Shown one piece after another: positions 1 through 10,933 of a stretch of DNA of 64,000 bases; within the stretch, counting starts at the first letter, position 1; each line of letters begins with the position of its first letter. The notes beneath the pieces are model-generated. The model was given only the letters and a program-made list of their open reading frames with translations. It was not told where the DNA came from and made no database searches. Position numbers and translations under genes: made by a program. Location of the stretch: contig JABCTZ010000018.1 of the NCBI GenBank assembly GCA_018238155.1, positions 30,885 through 94,884 on the forward strand. Direction: 5' to 3'. Source of the DNA: Candidatus Heimdallarchaeota archaeon. Its GTDB lineage: Archaea > Asgardarchaeota > Heimdallarchaeia > JABLTI01.

Positions 1-131
1 ATTGATTTATTTTGTAAATTGTTAGATTACTTTTTATCAAAGAATTAAAGAAATAAAAAGTAGGAATTTTTATATATAATATAACACATTTCTCTTTATC
101 ATATTATTTGAATACAGAGGAGAGTTACTTC

Positions 132-1829
132 TTGAAAAGAAATAAAGCAATTAATACTTTTGTTATAATATCACTAATTTTCATTGGAATAATTATACCC
201 AATACTTTGGGTTTAATCAATGAACCTGAGCCCACTTTATCTATTTTAATTGATGCTCCAATTATCATTAGTCCAGTTAACAATGCATTTATTGGAGAAT
301 CGTCAGTTACTCTTGATTGGTATGATGTAACTGGTGCAATAGAGTACCATCTTATATTTAGAACGACTAGTGGTGGTAGTTCTAGCGGTATCTACATTAC
401 CGAATCACGTGTGGAATTTTCAGATATTAATGATAATTCATACGAGTGGTATGTTTCTGCAAAAAATTCAGATAATCAATGGAGTGCTAATAGTATAACT
501 CGTCAATTCACAATTGATACAATTCCACCAGATACTCCTACATTACTATCTCCAATTAATGGAGTATTTAGAGATGTTAATACTCCCACATTTTTTGATT
601 GGGATTATGTTCCATCTGCATTTAGATACGATATACAAATTGACAATAACGATGATTTTAGTTCAATAATTTCTTCTGTCTATCTAACATCAAGTCAATA
701 TAATTATGTTAATAGTCTATCTGATGGAGTATATTATTGGCGTGTTCGAGCTGAAGATCGAGCTGGAAATTATGGTGATTGGAGTGAAATATTTCAGTTT
801 ACGGTTGATACTTCTTTTGCAGGAGGTACTCCCGTATTAATTTCTCCACATGATGGTGTAACATTTAATAACAATAATGGACCATTCTTTGAGTGTCGCG
901 TAGTTCCTACTGCAACACAATACCAATACCAAATAGATAATAATGACGATTTTAGTTCACTTGAAATTGATAGTGTTCGTTCTTCAAGAGGGCTTGTCTG
1001 TCCATATTTATCGGATGATACTTATTATTGGCGTGTTCGTGCTGGAACAAATCCTGATAACCGAGGACCTTGGAGTGAAGTTAGATACTTTAACATTGTT
1101 GCTCCTTTAGACAGTCCAACATTGATTTCACTTGCTAATGGAACAATAACTAATGATGTTACTCCTGATTTAGATTGGGGAGATTTGCATGGAGCAGCAA
1201 GATATAATATCGTACTTTATCAGAATAATACTGAATATGCTTCACAAGTGTTTTCTGATTATGTCACATCTAGTAATCTTACTTGCTCAAGTTTATCTGA
1301 TGGCAATTATATTTGGCGTGTTCGAGCTCGTCGATCTGTAGGTAGTTATGGCAGATGGTCTGATTATCAGCACTTTCAAATTGATACCAAGGCTCCAGTA
1401 ATAACCCAAGTTAAACATACGCCAAATAATCCAACTGAAGCAAATTCGATATTCATCAGCTGTGATGTTTTTGATCAACATGTTATTGATTCTGTTATTT
1501 TGCACTATAGATTCAATTCAGGTATTTGGAATGATATTGCAATGATTTTGATTTCTGGTACTACCTATCAAGTAAATTTGGGGTCATTCGCAGGTGGGAC
1601 AACTATTGATTATAAAATTTCTGCAATAGATTCGGTAATTGGATCTAATGAGGATGTGAATGATAATGGAGGTTCCAATTTTAGCTTCATAATACAATCA
1701 TTATCATCATCACCTCCACCCACTTCAACACCGTCCACAACACCAACAAATCAATTAGCTATTGCATTGTTGATACCATTTAGTGTCATAATGTTGATAT
1801 CGATTATAATTATAAGAAAGAAAAAGTAA
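132..1829 (+). CDS. Secreted/surface protein with about 4 Fn3/Ig-like repeats, S/P/T linker, C-terminal TM helix and basic tail
   Basis: Repeated P.L.SP...W...Y...DG.YYWRVRA...G.WS units; N-terminal signal; tail ...IIIIRKKK. Start moved to TTG 132, which follows SD-like GAGGAG at 117-122. Confidence 0.8.
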   Translation: MKRNKAINTFVIISLIFIGIIIPNTLGLINEPEPTLSILIDAPIIISPVNNAFIGESSVTLDWYDVTGAIEYHLIFRTTSGGSSSGIYITESRVEFSDINDNSYEWYVSAKNSDNQWSANSITRQFTIDTIPPDTPTLLSPINGVFRDVNTPTFFDWDYVPSAFRYDIQIDNNDDFSSIISSVYLTSSQYNYVNSLSDGVYYWRVRAEDRAGNYGDWSEIFQFTVDTSFAGGTPVLISPHDGVTFNNNNGPFFECRVVPTATQYQYQIDNNDDFSSLEIDSVRSSRGLVCPYLSDDTYYWRVRAGTNPDNRGPWSEVRYFNIVAPLDSPTLISLANGTITNDVTPDLDWGDLHGAARYNIVLYQNNTEYASQVFSDYVTSSNLTCSSLSDGNYIWRVRARRSVGSYGRWSDYQHFQIDTKAPVITQVKHTPNNPTEANSIFISCDVFDQHVIDSVILHYRFNSGIWNDIAMILISGTTYQVNLGSFAGGTTIDYKISAIDSVIGSNEDVNDNGGSNFSFIIQSLSSSPPPTSTPSTTPTNQLAIALLIPFSVIMLISIIIIRKKK

Positions 1830-1895
1830 TTTCTTTCTTATTTATTTTATACTAGAAAAAATAAGAAGAGTCTTTATTTGAAAAAAAAGAAGCTT

Positions 1896-2657
1896 TCACT
1901 CTTTTTTAGCTTCAATCTTCTCTGTATCAAATTTTTCTGAGAATTGTTGTCCTTCTGACATTTTTAGCGTCCATTCCTCACCTTTAATAGCCGCTATTAA
2001 GCTTGGAATGTGTCTTGGTAATTGAGCTAACCACATTCCAAAAAGTATGAAAAACTGTGCCATGAACAAAGTAAAAGTTCCAAATGCAACTATTGACCAT
2101 TCTGTAGGAATTGTTGTCCAAGGCGGACCGAACCCCATAAACATTGCAACGGGAACGTAGAATATTGCTGATAAGACTGTTGATACTCTTGTAGGTACCT
2201 TAAATAGTCCAATCATGAGACCAAACGGTAAGAAGTAAACGATTAGAACGAGGGGATTCACCCAAAACAAAGTTCCAATGAACACTGCGGATCCACGACC
2301 TCCTTTAAATTTCAAAAACGGAGAGTGATTGTGACCTAAAATACAAAGTGCAGGACCAATGGTCACAGCTAATGTGTGCCAAATTGTTGAATCGTTAGTA
2401 AAAGTATTCATAGAGAAAATCCAATCTAACAACGCAATTGGAATAAAACCTTTCAAAATATCGACAAACATAACAGTAAGTCCTATTGGGAGTCCATAAG
2501 TCATAACGGCATTAAATCCACCGGGATTTCCAATATTGAAATTCCTAAGATCTTTACCTGTTGCTAATCTTCCAATGATTACAGAATAAGGAATAGAACC
2601 ACTCAGAAATGAACCTAGCAATCCTAATACGAGCCATAGAATATTGATGAGAGCCAT
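1896..2657 (-). CDS. plsY: Glycerol-3-phosphate acyltransferase PlsY family (acyl-phosphate dependent)
   Basis: GSIPYS, DLR..GNPGGFN, DILKG, GHNHSPFLKFKGGRG and C-terminal RH...KGEE motifs; multi-TM. Confidence 0.85.
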   Translation of the reverse strand: MALINILWLVLGLLGSFLSGSIPYSVIIGRLATGKDLRNFNIGNPGGFNAVMTYGLPIGLTVMFVDILKGFIPIALLDWIFSMNTFTNDSTIWHTLAVTIGPALCILGHNHSPFLKFKGGRGSAVFIGTLFWVNPLVLIVYFLPFGLMIGLFKVPTRVSTVLSAIFYVPVAMFMGFGPPWTTIPTEWSIVAFGTFTLFMAQFFILFGMWLAQLPRHIPSLIAAIKGEEWTLKMSEGQQFSEKFDTEKIEAKKE

Positions 2658-2947
2658 TTTTTCACCTAGAGACTTCTACATAACCATTACTATACCCCTT
2701 ATTAATTTTTCAGATGATATTTTCATGATGAAAATATAAAAGAAAGAACAATATAAACTGCTAATTTGACTTTATGAGTAGTTTATCATTTTCTTTGACA
2801 TTCCTTAAAAATTTATACTTTAATAACTCAAAAATCCTATTTTACTAGATTTCTTATGTGAAGTTAAAAAAAATTTTGGATAGAAAAATATTAAATAGAG
2901 TTAGATAATAAACAGAGTAATTAAAAATACGGATGATTGATTAAACA

Positions 2948-3469
2948 ATGATTTGGGTAACTAGAGATTACGTTCACGTCGATCGTGTTGCTTGTCCATG
3001 GTTAATTAAGCGGTTTATAGATATTAAAGCTCAATTTATCTTTCTTGGAAAAGATGAAATAGCTGGTTTTGCAGAAAAAACAGGTGCAATTCCATATGAC
3101 GTTAAAGGTGCTAAACTTGACCATTATAAAAAAGATGGAAAAAACTATTGCACTTTTGATGCAATAATTGAAAAATACGAATTAAAAGATGAAGCCTTAG
3201 GACTTCTTCGTAATATAGTTAATGCAGCAGATACAAACAGATTTGAAGAAGAACCATTAGCTTTAGGTCTTGAAGCAATCGCTTGTGGTGCGCCATTATT
3301 GACAAATTCTGATCATGAATCTTTAGAAATGGAATTTCCATTCTATGATGCATTATATGCTTATCTTCAAGAAAAGATAATTCATAAAAAATATCCAAAA
3401 GAACTCGAAAAATTAGCAACTCGCGGTGAGCGGCAAGCTTTCGTAAAAGAGAAGTTAAAAGAATGGTAA
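2948..3469 (+). CDS. Chromate resistance ChrB C-terminal-domain family protein
   Basis: WVTR..HVDRVACPWLIKRFID..A.F.F, GAIPYD, CTFDAII signature. Confidence 0.8.
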   Translation: MIWVTRDYVHVDRVACPWLIKRFIDIKAQFIFLGKDEIAGFAEKTGAIPYDVKGAKLDHYKKDGKNYCTFDAIIEKYELKDEALGLLRNIVNAADTNRFEEEPLALGLEAIACGAPLLTNSDHESLEMEFPFYDALYAYLQEKIIHKKYPKELEKLATRGERQAFVKEKLKEW

Positions 3470-3496
3470 TTTTTTGTTGATCTCAATTGTAGATCC

Positions 3497-4426
3497 TCAG
3501 TGAGTTATTCTTTTAAATATCCTTTTTTTGTATTTAATTTTCGTCTCAAGTTTTTCAATTTCTTCTTGATAAGAATTATTTTCAGGATTTATTTCAGCTG
3601 CTTTTTTGTAATATTCCAATGCTTTATCATATTCCTCTGTTTCTGTGTAGACTTCTCCTAAACTACACCATGTGCTATCATTTTTTGGGTCTATTTCGAG
3701 GCTTTTCTCAATGTTCTTTATTGCCTCTTTATATTTTCCCAATCTTAGATAAAGAATGCCAATATTGTTCCAAGTTGTGGGATATTCTGGAGTAATCTTT
3801 ACTGCTTTCTTTAAGCATTTCAAAGATTTCTCAAACTCATTCCTATGATAATGTAAATCTGATAAATGTACAATAATTAAAGGGATGTCAATATTATTAT
3901 CTAGCACTTTGTAATAATATTCAATCGCCTTATCAATATTTGACATTAATTCATAGAGTTCTGCAATGACGAAAAGAATCTCTGCATCATTTTCAGCAAA
4001 TTTTTCAGCTTGTAGAAAAAATTTAAGAGATTTTTCATGTTGGGATTGTAATTTATACAAACTTCCTAAATTGTAATTTATATCTACATTATCTGCATCC
4101 AATGCTTTTGCTTTCAAATAGTACTCTTCACTTCTCTCAAATTCTTGCTTATCAGAAAAGATATTACCCAAAATTTGTAATGCAATAATATCTTTAGCAT
4201 TAATTTCCAATGCTCTTTGAGAATACTCTTCTGCTTTCTCCAATTCTTCATTATGATAATAGTGATTAATGATAACTCGAAAAACAGCTTCATTTTTTAG
4301 TTCAGGTTCAATGGCTTTTTGGAAGCATTCCTCTGATTTTTCAATTTCATTCTTGAAATAAAGCAAAACACCTTCTTTAAGTACTTTTTTCGTTTCTTCT
4401 TTAAAAATCTGAGAATTGTTTGCCAT
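3497..4426 (-). CDS. Tetratricopeptide repeat protein
   Basis: About 8 TPR units (e.g. WNNIGILYLRLGKYKEAIKNIEKSLEIDP). ATG 4426 avoids overlap with the upstream gene. Confidence 0.85.
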   Translation of the reverse strand: MANNSQIFKEETKKVLKEGVLLYFKNEIEKSEECFQKAIEPELKNEAVFRVIINHYYHNEELEKAEEYSQRALEINAKDIIALQILGNIFSDKQEFERSEEYYLKAKALDADNVDINYNLGSLYKLQSQHEKSLKFFLQAEKFAENDAEILFVIAELYELMSNIDKAIEYYYKVLDNNIDIPLIIVHLSDLHYHRNEFEKSLKCLKKAVKITPEYPTTWNNIGILYLRLGKYKEAIKNIEKSLEIDPKNDSTWCSLGEVYTETEEYDKALEYYKKAAEINPENNSYQEEIEKLETKIKYKKRIFKRITH

Positions 4427-4457
4427 TGATTGCACTTCCTTCGTAAAAAATAACCAG

Positions 4458-5666
4458 TTAGAATATAGATATTTTTGTTGCATTTTCAACAGTATTACAA
4501 CCATTAAACTTGGCAAAACAATTGAAACCATGAATTAGTCTTTCTTTTCTAGCTTCAGTAAGTATTATTCCATCTTCAAATTCTAATGCTTTTATCTCAA
4601 GAATCTTTTTAGCTCTATGTGCTTTCAAATCCGCTCTTCCAATCAATTGATAACCATCTAAAATTGGCAAAGCAAAATAACCAAATTTACGTTTTGGCGC
4701 AGGAACATAACATTCAATCTTATATTCAAAGTGCCAAATTTTTGACGGAAAGCTTCTTTCACGAATGATATTATCAAAAGGAGTTAGAAATTTCACTTTG
4801 TTGTTTTTGATATCTTTGTTAATTATTGCTTCTAACTTAGATACGTTTTCTTTAAGTGAATAATGCTTCTCTTCATTATCTTCGATTTGAATCTCAACAA
4901 GTATATCATTTTTAACGCAATCTTGTAGATAATCTGTAATTGCATTTTTATTGTTTTTCCAGAGATATTTTGCAGGAGATTTACCTAAGTAAGTTTTCAA
5001 TTCATCTTTATTTGCAATACCTATGGATGAAAGTATCGTTTTAGTTAAATATCCCGGGAGAAGGTCATCACTCATAGGTTCGATATCAATACCTGCAGGC
5101 ACAACATTTTCAGATAAATCAAATGTCTTCTGAAAATTCTTTCGGTAGGCTACGAGAAGTTTTCCTTGTAGGAATAAACTTTCGAGAGCCATTTTTTCTG
5201 TTTTCCAATCCCACCACCCTTCACTTTTTGTTGGCTTTTCTTTTTTGAAATCGGTGCTAGAAGTTAAGCCATTCTTTTTTACGTGTGAATAGACTCTATC
5301 CATTACAGATTGATTTATCTTAACCCATTTTTTCCACCAACTTGGCATGTTTTTTTGATTGTATTTCATTTTCCAAGCATAGAAGGGATATTCTTCAAAA
5401 GGCATTAAACACATTGCGTGAGACCAAAATTCAAACAATTTTTTTTCATTGAGCCATTTCCAAACATCTTTTTCTTGATAATCATCTATTCGATTGAATA
5501 AAATTAGATCATGCGATCGAGCAACAACAGAAATAGTGTCAATTTGGATATTATGAATCTTCTTTGCTACACTCAAAACATCGTCAAAACAGTTAATCGC
5601 CCCTAGACCTTGTTCCTCAATAATGAACTTTTGTGCAGTTTGGTTTGATATTTCCACCATAGACAA
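4458..5666 (-). CDS. ycaQ: YcaQ/AlkZ (HTH_42) family interstrand-crosslink DNA glycosylase
   Basis: QIDTISVVARSH (QxD motif), FEFWSH, GWWDWK, LTPFD, Y.IECYVP..KRKFGYFALPIL. Confidence 0.85.
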   Translation of the reverse strand: MSMVEISNQTAQKFIIEEQGLGAINCFDDVLSVAKKIHNIQIDTISVVARSHDLILFNRIDDYQEKDVWKWLNEKKLFEFWSHAMCLMPFEEYPFYAWKMKYNQKNMPSWWKKWVKINQSVMDRVYSHVKKNGLTSSTDFKKEKPTKSEGWWDWKTEKMALESLFLQGKLLVAYRKNFQKTFDLSENVVPAGIDIEPMSDDLLPGYLTKTILSSIGIANKDELKTYLGKSPAKYLWKNNKNAITDYLQDCVKNDILVEIQIEDNEEKHYSLKENVSKLEAIINKDIKNNKVKFLTPFDNIIRERSFPSKIWHFEYKIECYVPAPKRKFGYFALPILDGYQLIGRADLKAHRAKKILEIKALEFEDGIILTEARKERLIHGFNCFAKFNGCNTVENATKISIF

Positions 5667-5839
5667 TTATTCCTGTGACTTAAAGTTAATACAATAGAAA
5701 TATAAAAATTACCTATTATAGTATAGTGAAATATAGCTAAAAATACAATTACATTTACACTGCTAATTTAAATAACAATAAAAAAAATTGAATAAAAAAA
5801 AGTTACCCCTTTTAGGGTCGAAATCGAATGTCTAGCAAC

Positions 5840-8710
5840 CTAAACTGTTGGCTGCAGTGACTCAGCTACTTTTTCTCCTTTTACTCGTAGTAAAGATGGT
5901 ATTATTGAGAGGAGTGGTGCTCCAAGAATAAATACAATAATTGCTCCTAACCAAATAAAATTGACAGAATATCTGAGAGGTAATATTACTCTTTCTAGTA
6001 AGAAAGGTTTGGTTAATAATAAACACAGTAGTGCCATTGGAAATGCAATGAGTGCACTTACAAATAGAGTTACAAAATTAATGACTAATAACTCAGAGGA
6101 AACCATCCAAGCAAGGTTTCTATGAGAGTTTCCTAATGCAGAGAGTATAGCATTATTTATTTTTCTTTGCGAAAGAATAAAGTCAATATTTGTCAATATT
6201 ACAAGTAAACCAATGATATTGACCAAAACGATTTGTGCAATGAAGAAAGTTTCTATGAATGGAACATATCGAAAAACATATCCTTCTCCAAAGCTAACAT
6301 ATTCTAATGGAGAATTCACTTCAATGATAGTAGAAAAAGAAGAAATTTCTGTTTCAACTTCTTCTAAATTAGCATCTTCTGTTATGCTAGCGAAAAACAA
6401 ATCAGTTGCTGGTACGCCATAATCATTGAATATTTTCTCATCATGAACAATCAAATAATATGGATTTAACTGATCGAGGGCAAAATTTCCTTCAGAGGAT
6501 AATCCTAATCCGGGAGCAGAATGAATAATTCCTACAACAGTTAAAACATCTGACTTAGCATAAGCTTCAAGTGGTAAATCACTAAGAATGACTGTATCCC
6601 AAACTTTCAGATTGAATCGTCTTGCTAGAGAATCACTAATGAGAGTACCATTTGCAACCATTTCTAATCTATTTAACCAATCAATATGAGTGTAATCGCT
6701 GTAGTCTTCTGACATAATATCATCACTATATATGAAACTAGTATCATCCCAGCGACCGATCTTGATGAACTGACTAACATTGATACCATAAATTGATACA
6801 TAACCTTGTCTCAATTCAGGTGAAGCTAATTTTGCTGAAATTTTCATCAGCGGCATAACTTCATCTATACCATCTATATCACTTAGCGTTTTGGCAAAAC
6901 TTCGATCAACATTGTGTGTACTTATTCGTAAATCTGCGCCTTGATTATAATAAGCTGTATCGATTTCATTTTGATTCAAAGAGCTTAAAACCGTCATTGA
7001 AAAGAATGTCGTACTTGTTACAATAAGTAAAATAAGCAATATTGGTGAAAATTTGAATCTAGAATTTCGAAGATTGCTCCGAACAAAGAAACCATTTTTT
7101 CCAAGAAAAGTGTTATAAAACCATTTAGAACGTCCAAGTAGGCTTATTAGTCCAACTGAAGCGCAAATAGCAAGGAGAACTATTAAAGCTATTAGAATAA
7201 TAAACAATATAGAGCCCTTCTGAGCAAGTTCAAGTGTAAAAGAATACTCATAATTGAAATCTTTTCCATAAATAATTCCAAAGACAACTAGTAATACAAT
7301 TGTCGCTAAAGTGGTTGCTATCAGAAAAGCAAACAGAATCCATTTTTGAATTTTATTTCTAAATTTCTGTTCTCTTTCAGATACTTCACTAACAAGTATC
7401 CTATCTATTTTATAGATAGCATAAATCATCGATATAATAATTATTGTTGATATTGAAAGTAATACAGGAATAATACTAATGCTGAGATTCTGTATATAGG
7501 TTGAGAACGTGAGCCATGTCAATTGTTGGGTGCCAAAGGCAGGTATTATTGCAGCTATAAATAACGATGTTATTATTGAGCATGATAGTGCAATTAGGAT
7601 AATTATTAAAAATTCAAGAATAAATATACCAATAATTTGTGATTTTTGTCCTCCAAATTGCTTCAATAATTGAATTTCATTTTCCTTTTTTTCCAAAACA
7701 ATATTTGTTGAAAATAGTGTTTGTAATATGCCTAATATAATTACAGGTAATAAAATAAATACATAAACATTGGTTTTCTTGAACGCTTCCTCTAAATCGT
7801 TTAAAGGAGCGTTTAGAATTGCTGGCAGTGAGCTTGTTTGAGCAAGTATTAGTTGGTCAGTTAGCAATTCAATCTTTGGTATAATTTCATTTACTCCATC
7901 TTCAGTTAGTAATTTGGCATTTAATTTAACTACCAAGATAGGCGTTAATCCATTTTCGTCCATGCGATCGATATCGTCAATGTTAAGGTTTTTAGTTAAA
8001 AAGATAGCCGAATCTTCAATGAAATCTTGAGAGTAAGTTGATTGTAACATTGTTATTCCAGGAATAGCTTTGTAAATTCCTCGAATAGTTATATTGTAGA
8101 AGTGTTTTGGTTCATATTGATACAATTTTATACCAAAATCAGTGCTCTTTTTACAAATAGACATATTTACTTTCATACCTGGTACAATAGTTTGATTATA
8201 AATTACTTCCAATTGTAAAGCAACACTCTCAGAGATTAGTGTATCATTTCCTGTAAGTTTGAATTCACCATTAACAGTAAATTGTTTTGAAATTCTGGTA
8301 ATAGTATTGTTTGAAACCAGTAATAAAGTAGATAATCCAATGGGATTAGACATATCATCTTGATTGTTCAATGGTAAGAAACGATAGTCTGGAACTTTAT
8401 TTTCTGCATTAAAAAAGGCTATATTTGAACGAACTAAAGCTGTTGAATCTACTAAACTATCAGAGTCTAACCATTCTTTGATTTCGGGAATTCTATGTGG
8501 AAGATATGAATTCACTCTTAGTTCAAAGTCCAAATCAGACATGAAATCTGTTATCGCTAAATCCTCAGAGGTGCTAGACCAAACACTTAGAGAAATGATA
8601 GCTGTGATTGAAATGAAGAATCCCAGAAAATAAATTAGTGATTGTCTTTTCCCACTCCAAATATTCCTAAATGCACTTTTTAAATAGAAAGCAAATGCCA
8701 TCTCAATCAC
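5840..8710 (-). CDS. FtsX/MacB-like ABC transporter permease (duplicated halves)
   Basis: Two TM clusters each with a large extracytoplasmic domain; E...LK..GG and GADLRI motifs. No ATPase gene adjacent. Confidence 0.75.
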   Translation of the reverse strand: MIEMAFAFYLKSAFRNIWSGKRQSLIYFLGFFISITAIISLSVWSSTSEDLAITDFMSDLDFELRVNSYLPHRIPEIKEWLDSDSLVDSTALVRSNIAFFNAENKVPDYRFLPLNNQDDMSNPIGLSTLLLVSNNTITRISKQFTVNGEFKLTGNDTLISESVALQLEVIYNQTIVPGMKVNMSICKKSTDFGIKLYQYEPKHFYNITIRGIYKAIPGITMLQSTYSQDFIEDSAIFLTKNLNIDDIDRMDENGLTPILVVKLNAKLLTEDGVNEIIPKIELLTDQLILAQTSSLPAILNAPLNDLEEAFKKTNVYVFILLPVIILGILQTLFSTNIVLEKKENEIQLLKQFGGQKSQIIGIFILEFLIIILIALSCSIITSLFIAAIIPAFGTQQLTWLTFSTYIQNLSISIIPVLLSISTIIIISMIYAIYKIDRILVSEVSEREQKFRNKIQKWILFAFLIATTLATIVLLVVFGIIYGKDFNYEYSFTLELAQKGSILFIILIALIVLLAICASVGLISLLGRSKWFYNTFLGKNGFFVRSNLRNSRFKFSPILLILLIVTSTTFFSMTVLSSLNQNEIDTAYYNQGADLRISTHNVDRSFAKTLSDIDGIDEVMPLMKISAKLASPELRQGYVSIYGINVSQFIKIGRWDDTSFIYSDDIMSEDYSDYTHIDWLNRLEMVANGTLISDSLARRFNLKVWDTVILSDLPLEAYAKSDVLTVVGIIHSAPGLGLSSEGNFALDQLNPYYLIVHDEKIFNDYGVPATDLFFASITEDANLEEVETEISSFSTIIEVNSPLEYVSFGEGYVFRYVPFIETFFIAQIVLVNIIGLLVILTNIDFILSQRKINNAILSALGNSHRNLAWMVSSELLVINFVTLFVSALIAFPMALLCLLLTKPFLLERVILPLRYSVNFIWLGAIIVFILGAPLLSIIPSLLRVKGEKVAESLQPTV

Positions 8711-8945
8711 TTAACCTACTTTTATTTGCTTATTGTTTCTTATTATAAATCTTTATTGACTGATTGAATAGAATGAATTCTCAAAATCATAAGAAATAAA
8801 ACTACTATACCTATAAAATTAGTGGTCTTTTGAATATTAGCTGTTACTTTTGAAGATTCTATTCCGTTCTATTAACAAAAATGAGTCAATATCCTCTTCA
8901 AGTAAACAAAATATTTAATTGTATTTGAATGTTTAAAATGTACTT

Positions 8946-10772
8946 ATGACAAATTACAAGCCTGATCCGTTACCTTTTGACGAATTGTTAGGATTACCAT
9001 CTTATTCGATGCCAACATTGACTAAGAATAAGGATAAACTAGCTTTTTTTTGGGATAAAACAGGTCAAATAGAATTGTATGTGCTTGATATGGAAACCAA
9101 AGAAATTGAACAGATTTCTCATGGAGAATTACCAAAATCACCAAGAACAGGTTTCACTTGGGATAAAGAAGGGAAGAAAATTTTCTTTGGAAAAGATAGT
9201 GGTGGAAATGAGCAAAGCGATATTTGGGTTATAGATATTCTAACAAAAAAAGCAAAACCTTTGACTGAAACACCCAAGGCTCAAGAGCATGTAGGAAAAA
9301 TTAGCAATGATAATCAATGGTTAACTTTTATGAGCACACGAGAGGGACAAATGAATGTTTTCAAAATGAAATTAGATGGTTCTGAAGTGACTCAACTTTC
9401 TGCATCGGATATTCCTGTGAATGGTGGTATTTGGAGTCCAGATGACAAATTTATCGCTATGGGCACTAATGAGATGAAAACGAATCTAGAGAATGATGAC
9501 ATTTATCTTTACAACATTGAAACAGGTGAAATGGAAAGAGTGATAAGAATTACTGAAGAAGGTTCTCACGATAGATTTGGTGATTGGTCTCCAGATGGAA
9601 AAAGCTTCTCATTAATGTCAGATGCATCTGGTTTGAATCAAGTAGGAATCTACACCATTGATTCTAAAGAAATCAATTGGTTGAGTGATGGTTCAGTAGA
9701 TGAAAATGGAGGCAAGTTCAGTGAATCTGGAAAATATCTCGTAGTATTGCGAAATCATGAATCAACACTAAAACCAATTGTTTATGATTTAAAAACAGGT
9801 GATAAAAAGGAGTTAGATATACCTGAAGGATTAGCCTTTTTCTATGATTTCATTAGCGATGATAAACTTCTTTTCTTATTCACTAATCCACAAATTAAAG
9901 GAGATATTTGGATATACGATATAGCTACTGATAAATATCAAGTACTTCTTGCTTCAGAATATGGTTCAATTGACAAATCAAAATTATTGGAACCGGAATA
10001 TATAAAGTACAAATCTTTTGATGGATTAGAAATACCGGCAATTGTTTACAAGCCCAAAAATATTCCCAAAGGAGTAAAGTTACCAGCAATTATCAACGTT
10101 CATGGTGGTCCAACAGGACAATTTTTCAGAACATTCGATGTCATGGATTCATATACAGCTTCAGAAGGTTTTGTTGTTATTTTGCCAAATATTCGAGGAA
10201 GCACTGGATATGGTGTTGAATTTAGAGATGCTTGTATAAAGGACTGGGGTGGAAAAGATTTACAAGATGTAGTTTATGCTGCAAAATATTTGAAATCCCT
10301 TCCATATGTTGATCCCGATAGAATTGGCGTTGGTGGTGGATCATATGGTGGCTTCATGACATTCATTGCGGTAACTAAAGAACCGGAACATTGGAAAGCA
10401 GGATTTGCTTGGATTGGTATCTCCGACTTCTTTACTATGTATGAGGAATCAATGCCACATTTCAAGTATTTCCTCGCAAGGCAAATGGGCGATCCGATAA
10501 CTGACAAAGACCTATGGTATGACAGGAGTGCAGTAAACTTTGCTGAAAAGATGACTGCTAAATTGCTTATTTTCCATGGAATAAATGATCCCCGTTGTCC
10601 AATCAGTCAAGCAAGAATATTCAGAGATAAATTGAATGATCTTGGCAAAAAAGAAGGAGAGGATTATGAATATATGGAATTAGACTCTGTTGGTCATGGT
10701 GGGTTTGGTGATATTGCTACTAGAAAGCTTACTGTAAAAACCATGGTTGATTTCTTCAAAAGAGCATTATGA
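8946..10772 (+). CDS. S9 family peptidase (acylaminoacyl/prolyl oligopeptidase) with TolB-like propeller
   Basis: WSPD repeats, VHGGP, N.RGSTGYG, GGSYGG nucleophile, HG.ND.R, GHG. Confidence 0.92.
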   Translation: MTNYKPDPLPFDELLGLPSYSMPTLTKNKDKLAFFWDKTGQIELYVLDMETKEIEQISHGELPKSPRTGFTWDKEGKKIFFGKDSGGNEQSDIWVIDILTKKAKPLTETPKAQEHVGKISNDNQWLTFMSTREGQMNVFKMKLDGSEVTQLSASDIPVNGGIWSPDDKFIAMGTNEMKTNLENDDIYLYNIETGEMERVIRITEEGSHDRFGDWSPDGKSFSLMSDASGLNQVGIYTIDSKEINWLSDGSVDENGGKFSESGKYLVVLRNHESTLKPIVYDLKTGDKKELDIPEGLAFFYDFISDDKLLFLFTNPQIKGDIWIYDIATDKYQVLLASEYGSIDKSKLLEPEYIKYKSFDGLEIPAIVYKPKNIPKGVKLPAIINVHGGPTGQFFRTFDVMDSYTASEGFVVILPNIRGSTGYGVEFRDACIKDWGGKDLQDVVYAAKYLKSLPYVDPDRIGVGGGSYGGFMTFIAVTKEPEHWKAGFAWIGISDFFTMYEESMPHFKYFLARQMGDPITDKDLWYDRSAVNFAEKMTAKLLIFHGINDPRCPISQARIFRDKLNDLGKKEGEDYEYMELDSVGHGGFGDIATRKLTVKTMVDFFKRAL

Positions 10773-10933
10773 ATTCATTTTTAGCTCTTTTTTTCCTTCT
10801 TTTTACCATTTTTTCGTTTATTTCCTCTCTTTTTTTTACCTCAAAAAGAAAAGATATAATTAAGATACGTTTATTTTACTTTAAAAGAAAGTAATACTTG
10901 TTAAAAACAACACAACGTGGCGAGAATCTACTA